Positions 20,482 through 31,207 of a stretch of 64,000 nucleotides of DNA are shown here, one piece after another. Under the pieces are notes generated by a model that made no database searches, had not been told where the DNA came from, and saw only the letters and a program-made list of their open reading frames with translations. A program made the translations under genes and the position numbers. This stretch comes from Candidatus Heimdallarchaeum endolithica (GTDB taxonomy: Archaea; Asgardarchaeota; Heimdallarchaeia; Heimdallarchaeales; Heimdallarchaeaceae), in the NCBI GenBank assembly GCA_021513715.1, contig CP084167.1, positions 320,001 through 384,000 of the forward strand. Direction: 5' to 3'. How positions within the stretch are numbered: position 1 is the first letter of the stretch; each line of letters opens with the position of its first letter.

Positions 20482-22985
20482 AGATTCAATATCTTTTTAG
20501 GTATTTTAAGAATTAGCTTTGAACCCTCTCCTAGTTTACCTTCAACTCTATCTGTAATTACTATACTTCCACCTGATCTTTTAACTATCATATATGCAGT
20601 AATCAAGTTGAAATCAGAGAGTCTTCGCCCAGTAGACAACTCTTCTTGTATCTGTGTTTTTCTGCTATGGCTTAGTCCCTTTCCTTTTCCTTCGATGTCT
20701 ATTTCCACATAATTATCTTTCATAACAGCACATATTCGAATAACTACTTTCTTGGTTTGGGATTGCTTTATAAAAAACTCAAATACATTTTCTAGTAAGT
20801 CAACAAAATAATTACAGGCATATATAGAAAAATCATCTTCAAAAAGTTGAATAAAATCGATTGTAAATTGAGGATAAAAGATTTTCATGTTTTCTAGAGC
20901 TTTTTTGATTTGCTGTTTTAAGTTAACCTTTGAATAACTTAACTTTTTAGTACTTAAAGAGCGGAGAACAATAATTCGATCTCTTAATCGCTCAGTTTTT
21001 TCCAATACTCTTCCTATTTTTTCAAGAACTGATGACATCTCTTCTACTTCAGAGTTTACTGAAACCAGTTCTAAATAACCATTTAAAGCATGTAGATAAT
21101 TTCCTATATCATGAATAAACAAGTCAAGAGCAAGGTTTGCTAAAATTGTTGATTGTTTTTCTTTCTCCATAGAATCATTCAATTTGATAGCCATCTCTTC
21201 AAATAAGAAAAATACTTCTGTAATTTCATTCAATTTTTCTCTATTAAAATCAAAAGAAACACTATAATCTCCACTAGAAACGCGATAAATCGCTTTTCTA
21301 AGTTTAGTTAGATTTTTAGTATAGTTTCTAGTTAAAAATATCTCAACACCTCCAACAATAGATAAAATAACAAAAGAAGTAACTAAAAGCATTACTTCAA
21401 CATTTTTGAAATTCTTTTCCATTTCATTAGTTAAAGGTTGTATTTCCTCTAAAATCAAATCAACAGGAGAAAAATGAATCATCCACCAATTTGGAGAAAC
21501 AAGTTTTCTATAAAAAACTAAATAAGAAGTATCGTTGAAAGTTAATTCTATATGAGATATTTTACCTTCTTTAGCTTCAATAAAAGAATTAGAAATAGCA
21601 CTATTATTTAATTTAAAAATGTTTGAGATTGGATAGGGTTTTAAAATAGATACATCTTCTTTTTCAAAGTATTCTGGTGAATATAGAATATTTCCTGAAT
21701 TATCAACTAACCAATTAAAATCTTCTTGAGTAATTCTAAGTTCTAAAGCATTTTTAAGAAAATCTAAATTAAAATCTTGAACTAAGAGACCTTGATAATC
21801 AGTAGAATTATAAATTGCTTGCCCTAAACTAATGAACAAATTTTTTAGTACATAATCAACACCCAAACTAGAAAAATGTGCTTTTATACCCTTAACTGTT
21901 TCATTATTCTCTTGAGCTAATATCTCATTATACCATGGTCTTTTTAACCAATTATACTCAATTGAAAGAGCTAAAATATGTTCAGAATCAAAGAAATTGG
22001 GATAAAAAGGATAAACAATAAAATAGTTTGGTGTTGCATAATATACCCACTGTAAGAAAGATTGACGTAAAGAGGGAAAATGTTGATAGATATATTTGGG
22101 ACGTAAATCTATAAAACCATTTAAAGTACCATTAATATTTCCTTTTAGTAAACCTTTATACTGACCAATAAAATTTCCACTAACACAACCTTCAATCCTT
22201 GAAAGCTCTGATTCTCGTATTAATGTAATATTAGATTCTTGATATGAATTTAAAACATAATATTGTTTGAAAAAACTAAATTCAGAGAAGTTCATCTTAG
22301 ATTTTATTACTTGAGGAATTATGTTTGGGTCGTCATTCCATGATTCAAGAAGAGTAACGTTAAAAAATTTGTGAAAATAACTTTGATAAACATCAGAAAT
22401 ATTAATAGAGAACATTTCAGAATTATTATTGTAATAATAAAGAAAGAGGGAGGAGTCTGTAGCAAGTTCTCCAGTCAATGAAGCATTTATTTGTGCAGTA
22501 ATAATTCCTTGTAAAAAAATTTCATCTTTAATATCACCAAAAACAACTAAACCAGGAGTATCCAGAATGTTTGTACCATCATTAAAAAAATCAAAGTAAC
22601 CTATTTTCTCTTCCCGCCTTACAGTAGCATTGACTGTCCCATCAAAGTATAACGTCTCATCACTATTCGTAAGCTCTAGATGGTTTTTTTCATAAAGACC
22701 AGTAGTTTCATTAGAGTACAACTGATGCGAAATAAAGTTTGCAGTGTTATTAAGCGAAACAATATATCCCTCAAAGAGTGAATCAATTGATGATGCAAAT
22801 TGATAACTGGAAAGTTCCATACTTTCAATTTTTGTTTCCAGATATTTATCAAAAGTAGATTGGGTCAAATCTTGTATTCTTGTTTCTAAAATTAAAGTAT
22901 TTGAACCCATTATAATGAAAAGAGAAAATGACACAGTCAAGATTGTTGACAGTACCCATTGTCTCGCCAACTTAACTTTTCTCAC
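20478..22985 (-). CDS. Cache/HAMP sensor histidine kinase-like protein with degenerate ATPase domain
   Basis: TM, extracellular dCache (RPWY), TM, HAMP, H-box FIHDIGN; N, G1 and G2 boxes eroded. Confidence 0.8.
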   Translation of the reverse strand: MRKVKLARQWVLSTILTVSFSLFIIMGSNTLILETRIQDLTQSTFDKYLETKIESMELSSYQFASSIDSLFEGYIVSLNNTANFISHQLYSNETTGLYEKNHLELTNSDETLYFDGTVNATVRREEKIGYFDFFNDGTNILDTPGLVVFGDIKDEIFLQGIITAQINASLTGELATDSSLFLYYYNNNSEMFSINISDVYQSYFHKFFNVTLLESWNDDPNIIPQVIKSKMNFSEFSFFKQYYVLNSYQESNITLIRESELSRIEGCVSGNFIGQYKGLLKGNINGTLNGFIDLRPKYIYQHFPSLRQSFLQWVYYATPNYFIVYPFYPNFFDSEHILALSIEYNWLKRPWYNEILAQENNETVKGIKAHFSSLGVDYVLKNLFISLGQAIYNSTDYQGLLVQDFNLDFLKNALELRITQEDFNWLVDNSGNILYSPEYFEKEDVSILKPYPISNIFKLNNSAISNSFIEAKEGKISHIELTFNDTSYLVFYRKLVSPNWWMIHFSPVDLILEEIQPLTNEMEKNFKNVEVMLLVTSFVILSIVGGVEIFLTRNYTKNLTKLRKAIYRVSSGDYSVSFDFNREKLNEITEVFFLFEEMAIKLNDSMEKEKQSTILANLALDLFIHDIGNYLHALNGYLELVSVNSEVEEMSSVLEKIGRVLEKTERLRDRIIVLRSLSTKKLSYSKVNLKQQIKKALENMKIFYPQFTIDFIQLFEDDFSIYACNYFVDLLENVFEFFIKQSQTKKVVIRICAVMKDNYVEIDIEGKGKGLSHSRKTQIQEELSTGRRLSDFNLITAYMIVKRSGGSIVITDRVEGKLGEGSKLILKIPKKILNL

Positions 22986-23167
22986 AAACTATCCTCCAAT
23001 AACCTCTTAATAACATTATTCATTTTTTATTTTTATATTTAATTGTAGACAGTTATTGTAAAATTAAATGAATAAGATATTGATAATTGAGAATAGATTA
23101 AAAAAAAACAATTGTTATTAATAAATTAAAAATCTTCATATATAAAAAAGAAAAACAATAAAAGAGT

Positions 23168-23488
23168 TCAGTTATTTTCTTCTTTTTCCTGCTTTTTCTT
23201 TGCTTTAAAGGCTTCATATTGTTCTTTCATATCTTCTATTGCTTTCATTTCAAAAGTCCCATATTCCTCAAGTATTTTAAAGAGATCTTCAGGTTGATCT
23301 GTATGAAAATGAACTTTAATATGTCCAGGCATCCCAATTACTAAAAGGCAATCACCAACACATTCATTCATTATTCTGTCTCTTATCACATTTTTATCTT
23401 TTCTTGAGAGATTTTCCCCTTTTATCATACATTGCACATCATATCTGAAATTCACAGCTTCATGTTCATCGTCAAACATAAATTTCAC
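23168..23488 (-). CDS. Stand-alone FakA/DAK2-associated middle (ACT-like) domain protein
   Basis: GDCLLV...KVHFHTDQP...YG...EDM pattern. Confidence 0.7.
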   Translation of the reverse strand: MKFMFDDEHEAVNFRYDVQCMIKGENLSRKDKNVIRDRIMNECVGDCLLVIGMPGHIKVHFHTDQPEDLFKILEEYGTFEMKAIEDMKEQYEAFKAKKKQEKEENN

Positions 23489-23573
23489 CTACTCATATTC
23501 AAAAATAAATAATCAGATTTAAATATTGTTTATTGGAAAATAGAAGAACTAGAACAAAAGAAAAGAATAATTT

Positions 23574-24251
23574 CTAAAGAACGGCTATGCTTCTTATTAA
23601 ATCTGCACAATCTTCTAAAAGGTCGGACACTTCTTCAATATCTCTAATAGCATGGTCTAGAATTATCAGAGCACCTGCAGGAACACTTTCTGTAGAGTAG
23701 GCTATTTCATATTTCATTCGCTTATACAGTTTATCTATTTCAGATTCCATCAAGTCTACTTCAGTTATTTTATTTTTCAGTTCTTCTTTAGAAAGTTTGA
23801 ACATGTTATCAAATGCTTCAAAAAAGCTAACTGATTCTTTAGTTAACTTGTCAAATATTTCTTTGATAACTTTATTAATAGTTTCAGGGTAAGTATGCTT
23901 AATTATGAGAAGTAAATTGTCACATCCTCTTTTTATTCCTCCAGCAGCTTTATCAGCTAAACGAATAAAATTTAGCAAATCTGTTCTTACATATTCTGGT
24001 GTTTCTCCTTCTGAAAGCATTTGAACAATTTCAGCTTCGATAGAATCTGCTGTTTTTTCTTCTTGATGTATTAAATCAAAAATGTGAGAAGCTGCAGACT
24101 CATCCTTTTTTAACCAAAATTGGAAGAAATCCATAGCTTTTAGAATTGTGTTATTTACGTGTACTAAGTGTTCTCGAATTCTATCTAAAATCCTTGATTC
24201 TCTTCTTCTACTTAACCAGCTTTTTAGTTCTTTTTGATTCATCTTATTCAT
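23574..24251 (-). CDS. DUF47 (PhoU-like) phosphate transport regulator family
   Basis: EKTADSI, ESEIDKL, EEVSDLLEDCAD helical-repeat motifs. Confidence 0.8.
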   Translation of the reverse strand: MNKMNQKELKSWLSRRRESRILDRIREHLVHVNNTILKAMDFFQFWLKKDESAASHIFDLIHQEEKTADSIEAEIVQMLSEGETPEYVRTDLLNFIRLADKAAGGIKRGCDNLLLIIKHTYPETINKVIKEIFDKLTKESVSFFEAFDNMFKLSKEELKNKITEVDLMESEIDKLYKRMKYEIAYSTESVPAGALIILDHAIRDIEEVSDLLEDCADLIRSIAVL

Positions 24252-25362
24252 CCTCTATACTTTTTTCACTATTTATTAGTTTTTCATTTTTTAATTCAAA
24301 AATTCTGAAATCATCTTTATCCATACCAACCACAATCTCAGAATTTGGAGAAGTTGGAACATTTTTCTTTCCAATCAATTCATAGGCTTTTAGCTTCATT
24401 CCAGAAATATCAAGAATTAATTCAAAAAATTCACCTATTAATTTAGCTTGAATTAATTTACCAGGAATGATATTATCATAATTTAAATTACTTGATTCTT
24501 CTTTGTTATATACATCTATAAGCTCTAAAGGGACTAAAGCTACAACATTTGTTCCAGAAGAAAAATCTGTTTGGACTCTTAATTTTAGGTTGTTCTCTGT
24601 TAAAAGATATTTTTCTTCATTTTCAACTACTATTTTTCCTTTAAATGAAACATTTTCTCCAAGAAAATCTGCAACGTAAATAGAATAAGGATTATTATAT
24701 ATTTCTTCTGGTGTTCCTTCTTGAACTATTTGTCCATCTTTAAAAATGAGAATACGGTCTGCAACTCTCATTGCTTCATGAGTATCGTGTGTTGCATGAA
24801 TACATGTTAAACCAAGATCTTTAACTAACTTTCTGAGTTCTACTTGAAGAATATCTCTTATTTTTGCATCTAGAGCTCTTAAAGGATCATCCATTATCAA
24901 CAATTTTGCATTTGAAACAATTGCACGAGCTAGCGCTACACGTTGTTTTTGTCCCCCACTAATTTCATCAGGATAATTTTTCTCTTTCCCTTTAATATTT
25001 AATAGGTTCAGCAGTTCATATGCTACCTTTCTTGAGACTGAAAGATCTAAATTTTTTACAATTGGTCCAAATAGGATATTTTTCTCTACACTCATTCTTG
25101 GAAACAGGTTATATTCTTCAAATACAAAACCTATTTGTCTATCTTCAGCAGGAATATTTGTAACATCGACATCATCAAAAAAAACTTTTCCAGAAGAGGG
25201 AGAGATTAAACCAGCGAGAATGTACATAGTTGTAGTTTTCCCAGCTCCAGTTGGTCCTAAAATAGCAACATATTCTCCATCCTTTATAGATAAAGATAGA
25301 TCTTTTATTCCAACAACTTTTCCGTAATTTTTAGAGACTTTCTCCATTCGCACTGAAACCAT
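24244..25362 (-). CDS. ABC importer ATP-binding subunit with TOBE domain (Walker B E->D)
   Basis: GPTGAGKT, ISGGQ, LLIMDDP, ATHD. Confidence 0.9.
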   Translation of the reverse strand: MVSVRMEKVSKNYGKVVGIKDLSLSIKDGEYVAILGPTGAGKTTTMYILAGLISPSSGKVFFDDVDVTNIPAEDRQIGFVFEEYNLFPRMSVEKNILFGPIVKNLDLSVSRKVAYELLNLLNIKGKEKNYPDEISGGQKQRVALARAIVSNAKLLIMDDPLRALDAKIRDILQVELRKLVKDLGLTCIHATHDTHEAMRVADRILIFKDGQIVQEGTPEEIYNNPYSIYVADFLGENVSFKGKIVVENEEKYLLTENNLKLRVQTDFSSGTNVVALVPLELIDVYNKEESSNLNYDNIIPGKLIQAKLIGEFFELILDISGMKLKAYELIGKKNVPTSPNSEIVVGMDKDDFRIFELKNEKLINSEKSIEDE

Positions 25363-25365
25363 ATT

Positions 25366-26466
25366 TTACATCTCCAACGATTTTTGAATTCCCTCTTTTG
25401 GAAACTCAAAGCATCTAGTTCTACTAGGGTCAATAATTACATGAACTGTTTCGTTTTCTTTGAACTTTATAGGGCTTTTAGCATGAATCTTTGCTTCAAT
25501 TATCTGTTGATTTTTCAACAATACTTTGACTCTTCTAAACAATCCTAAAAATTTGTCACTAATTATTTTTCCAGTTAAGAAGTTCTCATTATTTTTATTT
25601 GGTTTTTTAACATCAAAGAACTCTCTTCTTATAGCTATAACCACTCGTTCTCCCTTACTTATTCCAGCATTCTGAACATAAACGCTTTCTAAACCCACTC
25701 TCACTTTTGAAAAACGAGTAGAATCATCAAGAATATATCCTTCAATGAAATCACTTTCACCCACAAAAAATGAAGTAAATAAATTTGTTGGTGAAAATAT
25801 TAAATCTTCAGGAGTTCCCATCTGAATTAATTGACCTTTATTTAGCACAATTACTTTGTCGCTAATTGAAAGAGCTTCTGCTTGATCATGTGTGACATGT
25901 ATTGCTGTAAGACCTTGTTTTTTAACAAAATCACGTAAGAAAAATTGAAATTCTTCTCTTATTTTCTGGTCTAAAGCTCCTAAAGGTTCATCTAAGAGAA
26001 GTATTTTTGCTTCAGCAGCTATTACTCTCGCTAACGAAACTTTTTGTAATTCAGGAGCAGATAATTCAGAAGGAAAAGATTCAGCTCTTTTTTTCATTTG
26101 AACAGAAGAAAGAGAATGCTCTACTAGTTCTTCTATCTCGCTTTTTCTTTTTCCTTTTACAGTTGGCCCATAAGCAATATTTTCCCACACATTCATATGT
26201 GGAAAAATAGCAAAATGTTGGAAAACAAAGCCCAAGTTCCTTTTTTGAATTGGAAGCTTTTCTACTTCTTCATTGTCAAAGAAAATTTTTCCTCTAGTTG
26301 GTAAAACAGTTCCTGCGAGAAGCCTAAGAGTAGTGGTTTTTCCACAACCAGAAGGGCCGATGAGTGAAACATACTCTCCATCTTCTATAATAAATGATAA
26401 ATCTTTAACTGCTTCTACTTTCTTTCCAAAAATTTTAGTTACATGTTTAAATTGTATTTCTGTCAT
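25366..26466 (-). CDS. ABC importer ATP-binding subunit with TOBE domain (degenerate signature)
   Basis: GPSGCGKT, VFQ, LSAPE in place of LSGGQ, LLLDEP, VTHDQ. Confidence 0.9.
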   Translation of the reverse strand: MTEIQFKHVTKIFGKKVEAVKDLSFIIEDGEYVSLIGPSGCGKTTTLRLLAGTVLPTRGKIFFDNEEVEKLPIQKRNLGFVFQHFAIFPHMNVWENIAYGPTVKGKRKSEIEELVEHSLSSVQMKKRAESFPSELSAPELQKVSLARVIAAEAKILLLDEPLGALDQKIREEFQFFLRDFVKKQGLTAIHVTHDQAEALSISDKVIVLNKGQLIQMGTPEDLIFSPTNLFTSFFVGESDFIEGYILDDSTRFSKVRVGLESVYVQNAGISKGERVVIAIRREFFDVKKPNKNNENFLTGKIISDKFLGLFRRVKVLLKNQQIIEAKIHAKSPIKFKENETVHVIIDPSRTRCFEFPKEGIQKSLEM

Positions 26467-26469
26467 TTA

Positions 26470-28188
26470 TTATCTCTCCTTTGAAACATATCGAAGCAAA
26501 AGCAGTGAAAGGAATGAAATTAAAATTAACAAAGAAGCAGCAAAAGCTGCAGCAGGAAAAGTAGAAGCTTCAAAGAAATCAACTAATAAAACAGGAATTG
26601 TTCTTTCTACTCCTTGAACAATTATAGTTGCACCAGTTTCACTCATAGAACGAGTAAATGTCATAATAGAAGCAGCTATTAATCCACTTTTTAGAAAAGG
26701 TATAGTAACGGTTCTAAAAGCTGTTAATTTCGAGGAACCAAAAGCAAAGGCTGCCTCGTCATACATTGTTGGGATTGCATCAAAAGCTCCAACAAGAGGT
26801 CTTACACAATAAGCATAAGTAAAGGAAATGTGAGAAACAATAATCATCAGAAAACCTGGTGATAGGAGATGTAAACCATTTGACCCCCAAAGGAAAAATA
26901 TGCTAAAACCAAGTGCAGAACTTGGTATAATTAATGGAATATCAATCAAGGTGTCAAGTAAACCTTTAAGTTTGTCATCCTTTGTTTTTGAGATAAGTAG
27001 AGCCATAGGTGTAGCAATAATCAAGTTAACAATTGTTACTATTAATGCTACTTCAATTGAAGTAATAAAAGCATGGATAATTGAATCAATTTTTTTATCA
27101 GGAGCTTGAAATACTTGATAGATCATTCCAGCTTCATTGTCACCAGAAAAAGGAGATTTGTTCCACCATTGAAAAAGATAAATAATAACAAAAAGAGCAG
27201 GAATAAAAACGAAAACAAAGAAAAGAGTAATAGATAAACTATCTCTAGTTCTTGAAACCTTTTTTGAACTAAGTTTTCTTTCAAATCTAGGAAAAACTTT
27301 GTTCCAAGGAAGACCTACTCTTCTGGCAAATAACCTAACTGCAGTAAGTAATAATAAACTGATAACTATTAAAATAAGAGAAAGAAAAGCAGTAGTTGGA
27401 ATCTTTAACCCTTTCATCCAACTAACAATTACAACAGGAGCTGTTTGATAAACTCCACTTACAATTAATGTAGCCCCTGTTTCTCCTAAAGAACGAGTAA
27501 AAGCTAAAACAGTTCCTGCTAACAGAGATTCTTTTACCATTGGAAGAGAAATCATTCTTGCAATAGTAAAAGGAGGAGCACCTAATGTTTTTGCAGCTTT
27601 TTCAATATTTAAGTCTAAATCTGCAATTATTCCCTTGATAGATCTTGTAACATAAGGAAAGGTGAATGCTATATGTGTAAGTATTATTAATAGTGTCCCT
27701 TGAGAAACTAACCCTACATTTGAATTAAACAAACGTGAAATACCATTATTTGTTCCCCAAAAAAGGTAAATCGAAAAACCAAGTGCACTTGTTGGAACAG
27801 CCATAGGCATATCTACAAGAGTATCCAAAACTTTTCTTCCTTTAAAATCGTACCTAGCTAATACCCAAGCTATTGATATTCCAACAATTAGATCAAAAAA
27901 GGTCACAATTCCTGCAACCTTTAACGATAAACCTATTGAGCGAAGCATCATAAGAAAAGCTTCGTTCCCCAGAATAGGATCATTGAATACCTTAGAATAA
28001 ATTTCTCCCCAATATAAAAATATTTGTAATAATAAGTAAAAAATAGGTCCTATAATTATTAAAATAAAAATTGAAATAGTTATGACCTTTCCAGCCAATA
28101 CCACAGACTTTCTCGAAAGAAGAGTTTCGATCTTTAATCTTGTCTTCCTGAAGAATATCTCAATGTCCTCTTTATCTGTTCTAATCAC
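26470..28188 (-). CDS. ABC importer permease with two fused BPD_transp_1 domains (ModB/CysTW/FbpB-like)
   Basis: Two EAA-like loops (EKAAKTLGA, DEAAFAFGS) and two FTRSxxETGAT motifs. Confidence 0.9.
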   Translation of the reverse strand: MIRTDKEDIEIFFRKTRLKIETLLSRKSVVLAGKVITISIFILIIIGPIFYLLLQIFLYWGEIYSKVFNDPILGNEAFLMMLRSIGLSLKVAGIVTFFDLIVGISIAWVLARYDFKGRKVLDTLVDMPMAVPTSALGFSIYLFWGTNNGISRLFNSNVGLVSQGTLLIILTHIAFTFPYVTRSIKGIIADLDLNIEKAAKTLGAPPFTIARMISLPMVKESLLAGTVLAFTRSLGETGATLIVSGVYQTAPVVIVSWMKGLKIPTTAFLSLILIVISLLLLTAVRLFARRVGLPWNKVFPRFERKLSSKKVSRTRDSLSITLFFVFVFIPALFVIIYLFQWWNKSPFSGDNEAGMIYQVFQAPDKKIDSIIHAFITSIEVALIVTIVNLIIATPMALLISKTKDDKLKGLLDTLIDIPLIIPSSALGFSIFFLWGSNGLHLLSPGFLMIIVSHISFTYAYCVRPLVGAFDAIPTMYDEAAFAFGSSKLTAFRTVTIPFLKSGLIAASIMTFTRSMSETGATIIVQGVERTIPVLLVDFFEASTFPAAAFAASLLILISFLSLLLLRYVSKER

Positions 28189-29447
28189 TGCTTCATCACC
28201 TTCTTACTTCTCTGATTTTTAATTGGTATTAATAGCAGAAAGGCAATAAGAAAAACTAAGTAGGTTGAGTAAGAAGATAAACCTAGTTGTGCATCAGTAT
28301 TATTTTCAGGACTTTCTAGTGATGTTGCCCTCGTTTTTAACCACAAATCAGGAATTCTATCAAGAACTTCTCCATCAGTAGGAGTTTCAAAAAGAGGAAT
28401 GGATAGAGTAGGTTTTACACCATTCTCTTCTTTAAAAACAGAATTGATCTCTTCCCTAACATCAGAATCATTGATGATTGACTGATTCCCTGGTCTAAAT
28501 CCAAAGGGAATAGCTTTTTTCTGAATCTCTTTGCTTAATAAAAATCTCTCAAATTCAGTCGCAGCAAAATATTCTTCAGGTGAAACCCAACTAGCATTTA
28601 ATAATACAATTGGATGATCACTCCATAATGTTCCTTCTGAAGGATAAACAGCAATAATGCTATCGTTCCACTTTGCAAAAGCTTCTCCATCTTTTGCAGT
28701 TTCAATTATGAGATTCTCATATAATATCATAACATTTAACCCTGAAGGGCCCAACTGAACAGCTTGCTTTGCTAAGAAACCAGTAGAAGAACCATATAAT
28801 ACTGCAGAAGATTCGACTTGTTCTAACCAGTTTTGAATAGTTGAATTTTTCAAATCATCTATTGTTATTTCACTTGGTGGCTTCCCGCTAGCAGCTGCTA
28901 TTTCCAGTAATACAGCCATATACCCAGAATTTGATTCTTGAGCAGAAGTATGGGCAAGTTTAAGATCTTCAAAAGATAAATTATATAAGTCAAACCATGA
29001 AGTTAAGTTGTGCTTTTCAGCGTAACTTTTCCAAACACCAATTATTATAGGAGAAGAAACTAGAGACCTTACATTTTCTTCATTTATTATAGAAAAACCA
29101 AATTTCTTTTTCCATGACCAATCAAAAAGGGGAACCCAAACACTAGACGCAGGACTCCAAATAACAGGTTTACTTTCACCAGATAAAATGGAAATCATAG
29201 ACGATCTAGTACCAAGAACTTCAAACTCTAAATGAACAGATAAGCCAGGGTTCCTTGAAGAAAACCACTCTGGAAAATCTACAGCAACAGTATTTATCCA
29301 AGCTTTTTTTTCACTAGTATATAACATACATATAATGATTTCATCTTTCTCTGATCTAAATTTTCCTTGACGCAAGACATCAAGAACAATGAGAGAGGAA
29401 AGAAGAAGGAGAATAATTACAAAACTAGGAAACTTTCTTTGTTTCAA
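28185..29447 (-). CDS. ABC substrate-binding protein (type often found fused to vWA domains)
   Basis: SEKK, WSPAS, SNSG, SSTG, YEN, YPSEGTLWSDHP, GFRP; N- and C-terminal hydrophobic anchors. Confidence 0.75.
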   Translation of the reverse strand: MKQRKFPSFVIILLLLSSLIVLDVLRQGKFRSEKDEIIICMLYTSEKKAWINTVAVDFPEWFSSRNPGLSVHLEFEVLGTRSSMISILSGESKPVIWSPASSVWVPLFDWSWKKKFGFSIINEENVRSLVSSPIIIGVWKSYAEKHNLTSWFDLYNLSFEDLKLAHTSAQESNSGYMAVLLEIAAASGKPPSEITIDDLKNSTIQNWLEQVESSAVLYGSSTGFLAKQAVQLGPSGLNVMILYENLIIETAKDGEAFAKWNDSIIAVYPSEGTLWSDHPIVLLNASWVSPEEYFAATEFERFLLSKEIQKKAIPFGFRPGNQSIINDSDVREEINSVFKEENGVKPTLSIPLFETPTDGEVLDRIPDLWLKTRATSLESPENNTDAQLGLSSYSTYLVFLIAFLLLIPIKNQRSKKVMKQ

Positions 29448-29617
29448 TGCAAAACCCGTTTTTAGTTTTTTGACTTCAAAGAAGAATAAATGAACTAGTA
29501 TTTAATTTTTCCCCAGTAGATATCTGAAAAATACTATCAAAATTAAACAATGAAAAAATAAAGGAAAATCTTATATTATTAATTATAATAGTAGCAATTA
29601 GTGAGGCTGGTGATTTA

Positions 29618-30016
29618 TTGAAAAAACTAGATTTAGTAATAATCGAAGACGAAGGAGATATAACTAACCTTTATAAATTGCTTTTTGAAAGAGAGGGGGT
29701 AAAAGTAGACACTATTCTATATAACGGTCAAACAGCCATGGAGAAAATAGAAGAATCAAAAGATGAACTCTCAGAAAAAGTATTTTTAATTGATAACAGA
29801 ATACCTGAAACCTCAGGGATTGAAGTCGCAAAGAGAATATTAGAGTTAAATCCAGATCTCAAAGATCAAATAATCATTGCAACTGCAGATGAAGCTTTAA
29901 CAAGGCAAGATGTAAGAGAACTAGGAATAAAATATTTCCTACGAAAACCTTTTTCGTTAGACGAATTACTAAGAGTTTATAACCAAATTATAGAAAAACG
30001 AAAAAGTGAGAAATAA
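29618..30016 (+). CDS. Single-domain response regulator receiver
   Basis: IEDE, LIDNRIP (phospho-Asp), TA, KPF. Confidence 0.85.
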   Translation: MKKLDLVIIEDEGDITNLYKLLFEREGVKVDTILYNGQTAMEKIEESKDELSEKVFLIDNRIPETSGIEVAKRILELNPDLKDQIIIATADEALTRQDVRELGIKYFLRKPFSLDELLRVYNQIIEKRKSEK

Positions 30017-30042
30017 GAAATCAACTAAATTTTTAGAATGAA

Positions 30043-30381
30043 CTAAACATATGAAGCGCTTGAACTATCATGCTTTGCCTGAATATTAGGTATTTTTATC
30101 TCACCAAACTGCTTTTCATAAGCTTGTAATTGGTTGTTTATTACTGAGGAAAGAATCTTCATCTGTTGTGGAGAAAGAGCTATTTCTGCTTGTATCCTCT
30201 TTATCACAGTTTTAGGGACTAATGCTTCAGGTCCCACACTAGAATCTGAAGAATACTCAGCAATGTCATTAAAAATAATCATCTTAAACCCACTAATATT
30301 ATAAACTACCTGAACACTTTCTGCATAATATTGTGGTGTTTCTTCTTTTCTTTCTACTTTCATTGGTATTTTTCTACTCAT
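30043..30381 (-). CDS. DUF3467-like protein
   Basis: YA...IALSPQQMK...YEKQFGEI pattern. Confidence 0.7.
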   Translation of the reverse strand: MSRKIPMKVERKEETPQYYAESVQVVYNISGFKMIIFNDIAEYSSDSSVGPEALVPKTVIKRIQAEIALSPQQMKILSSVINNQLQAYEKQFGEIKIPNIQAKHDSSSASYV

Positions 30382-30578
30382 TTATATCAAACTAAACTTT
30401 TTATCTCTCTTTAAAAACTCTTTTACATATAGTATGCAGTTATTTTTTACAGATGTATCTAATTAATAAAGCACCCATATAATTAAAATGTAATAACAAT
30501 TATTATATAAATCATTATTATGTAAACCGAAACTAATATGTATTAATAACACGTATTAAGGAAATAGGTGAACAAAAA

Positions 30579-31154
30579 ATGAGTTATACTGAAGAATATG
30601 TAGGTGTCAAATTTAGGCATGTGAAGGAGGGAGAACTGGAGTTTGACAGTTCATTAAATGAAATAGCTTTACAACTTCAAAAAGCTCTTTCAGAATTACC
30701 TCCAGAGACACTTGAAGGAGTGACTGGAAATATTTCTGCAAGGTTAAGTGATGGTATTTTAATATCTGCTACTCGCTCAAAATTGAAGAATCTTATGGTT
30801 CCTCAAGATCTTTCTAAAGTTGTAGAAAACACATTAGGAGGAGATATTATCAGATATTATGGTTCAAAGATTCCTAGTAGTGAAACCCCTATGCATTTAC
30901 AAGTTTATCAAAATCGTCCAGATGTAAGATTCTGTTTACATTTACACTTACCAAATCTGGAGAAACTACAATTACTTAATAGATTTCCAATTACAAAAGA
31001 AGCTTATCCTTATGGGACATGGGAATTAGCGAGAGAAGCTACAAAAGCTTTAGGAAGCAACGATTTTGTCATTCTTCGTGATCATGGTATTCTAGCTGTG
31101 GGAAACAATTTGGATGATATTATTCAAAAAATAATCTCTATTTCACAGATTTAA
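30579..31154 (+). CDS. Class II aldolase/adducin family protein
   Basis: GNISAR, PSSE, HLH, DHG motifs. Confidence 0.85.
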   Translation: MSYTEEYVGVKFRHVKEGELEFDSSLNEIALQLQKALSELPPETLEGVTGNISARLSDGILISATRSKLKNLMVPQDLSKVVENTLGGDIIRYYGSKIPSSETPMHLQVYQNRPDVRFCLHLHLPNLEKLQLLNRFPITKEAYPYGTWELAREATKALGSNDFVILRDHGILAVGNNLDDIIQKIISISQI

Positions 31155-31207
31155 GAATTGCTATTTCAAAACATTTTTTAACGAATTATTTTTTCTTTTT
31201 CTGAAAA

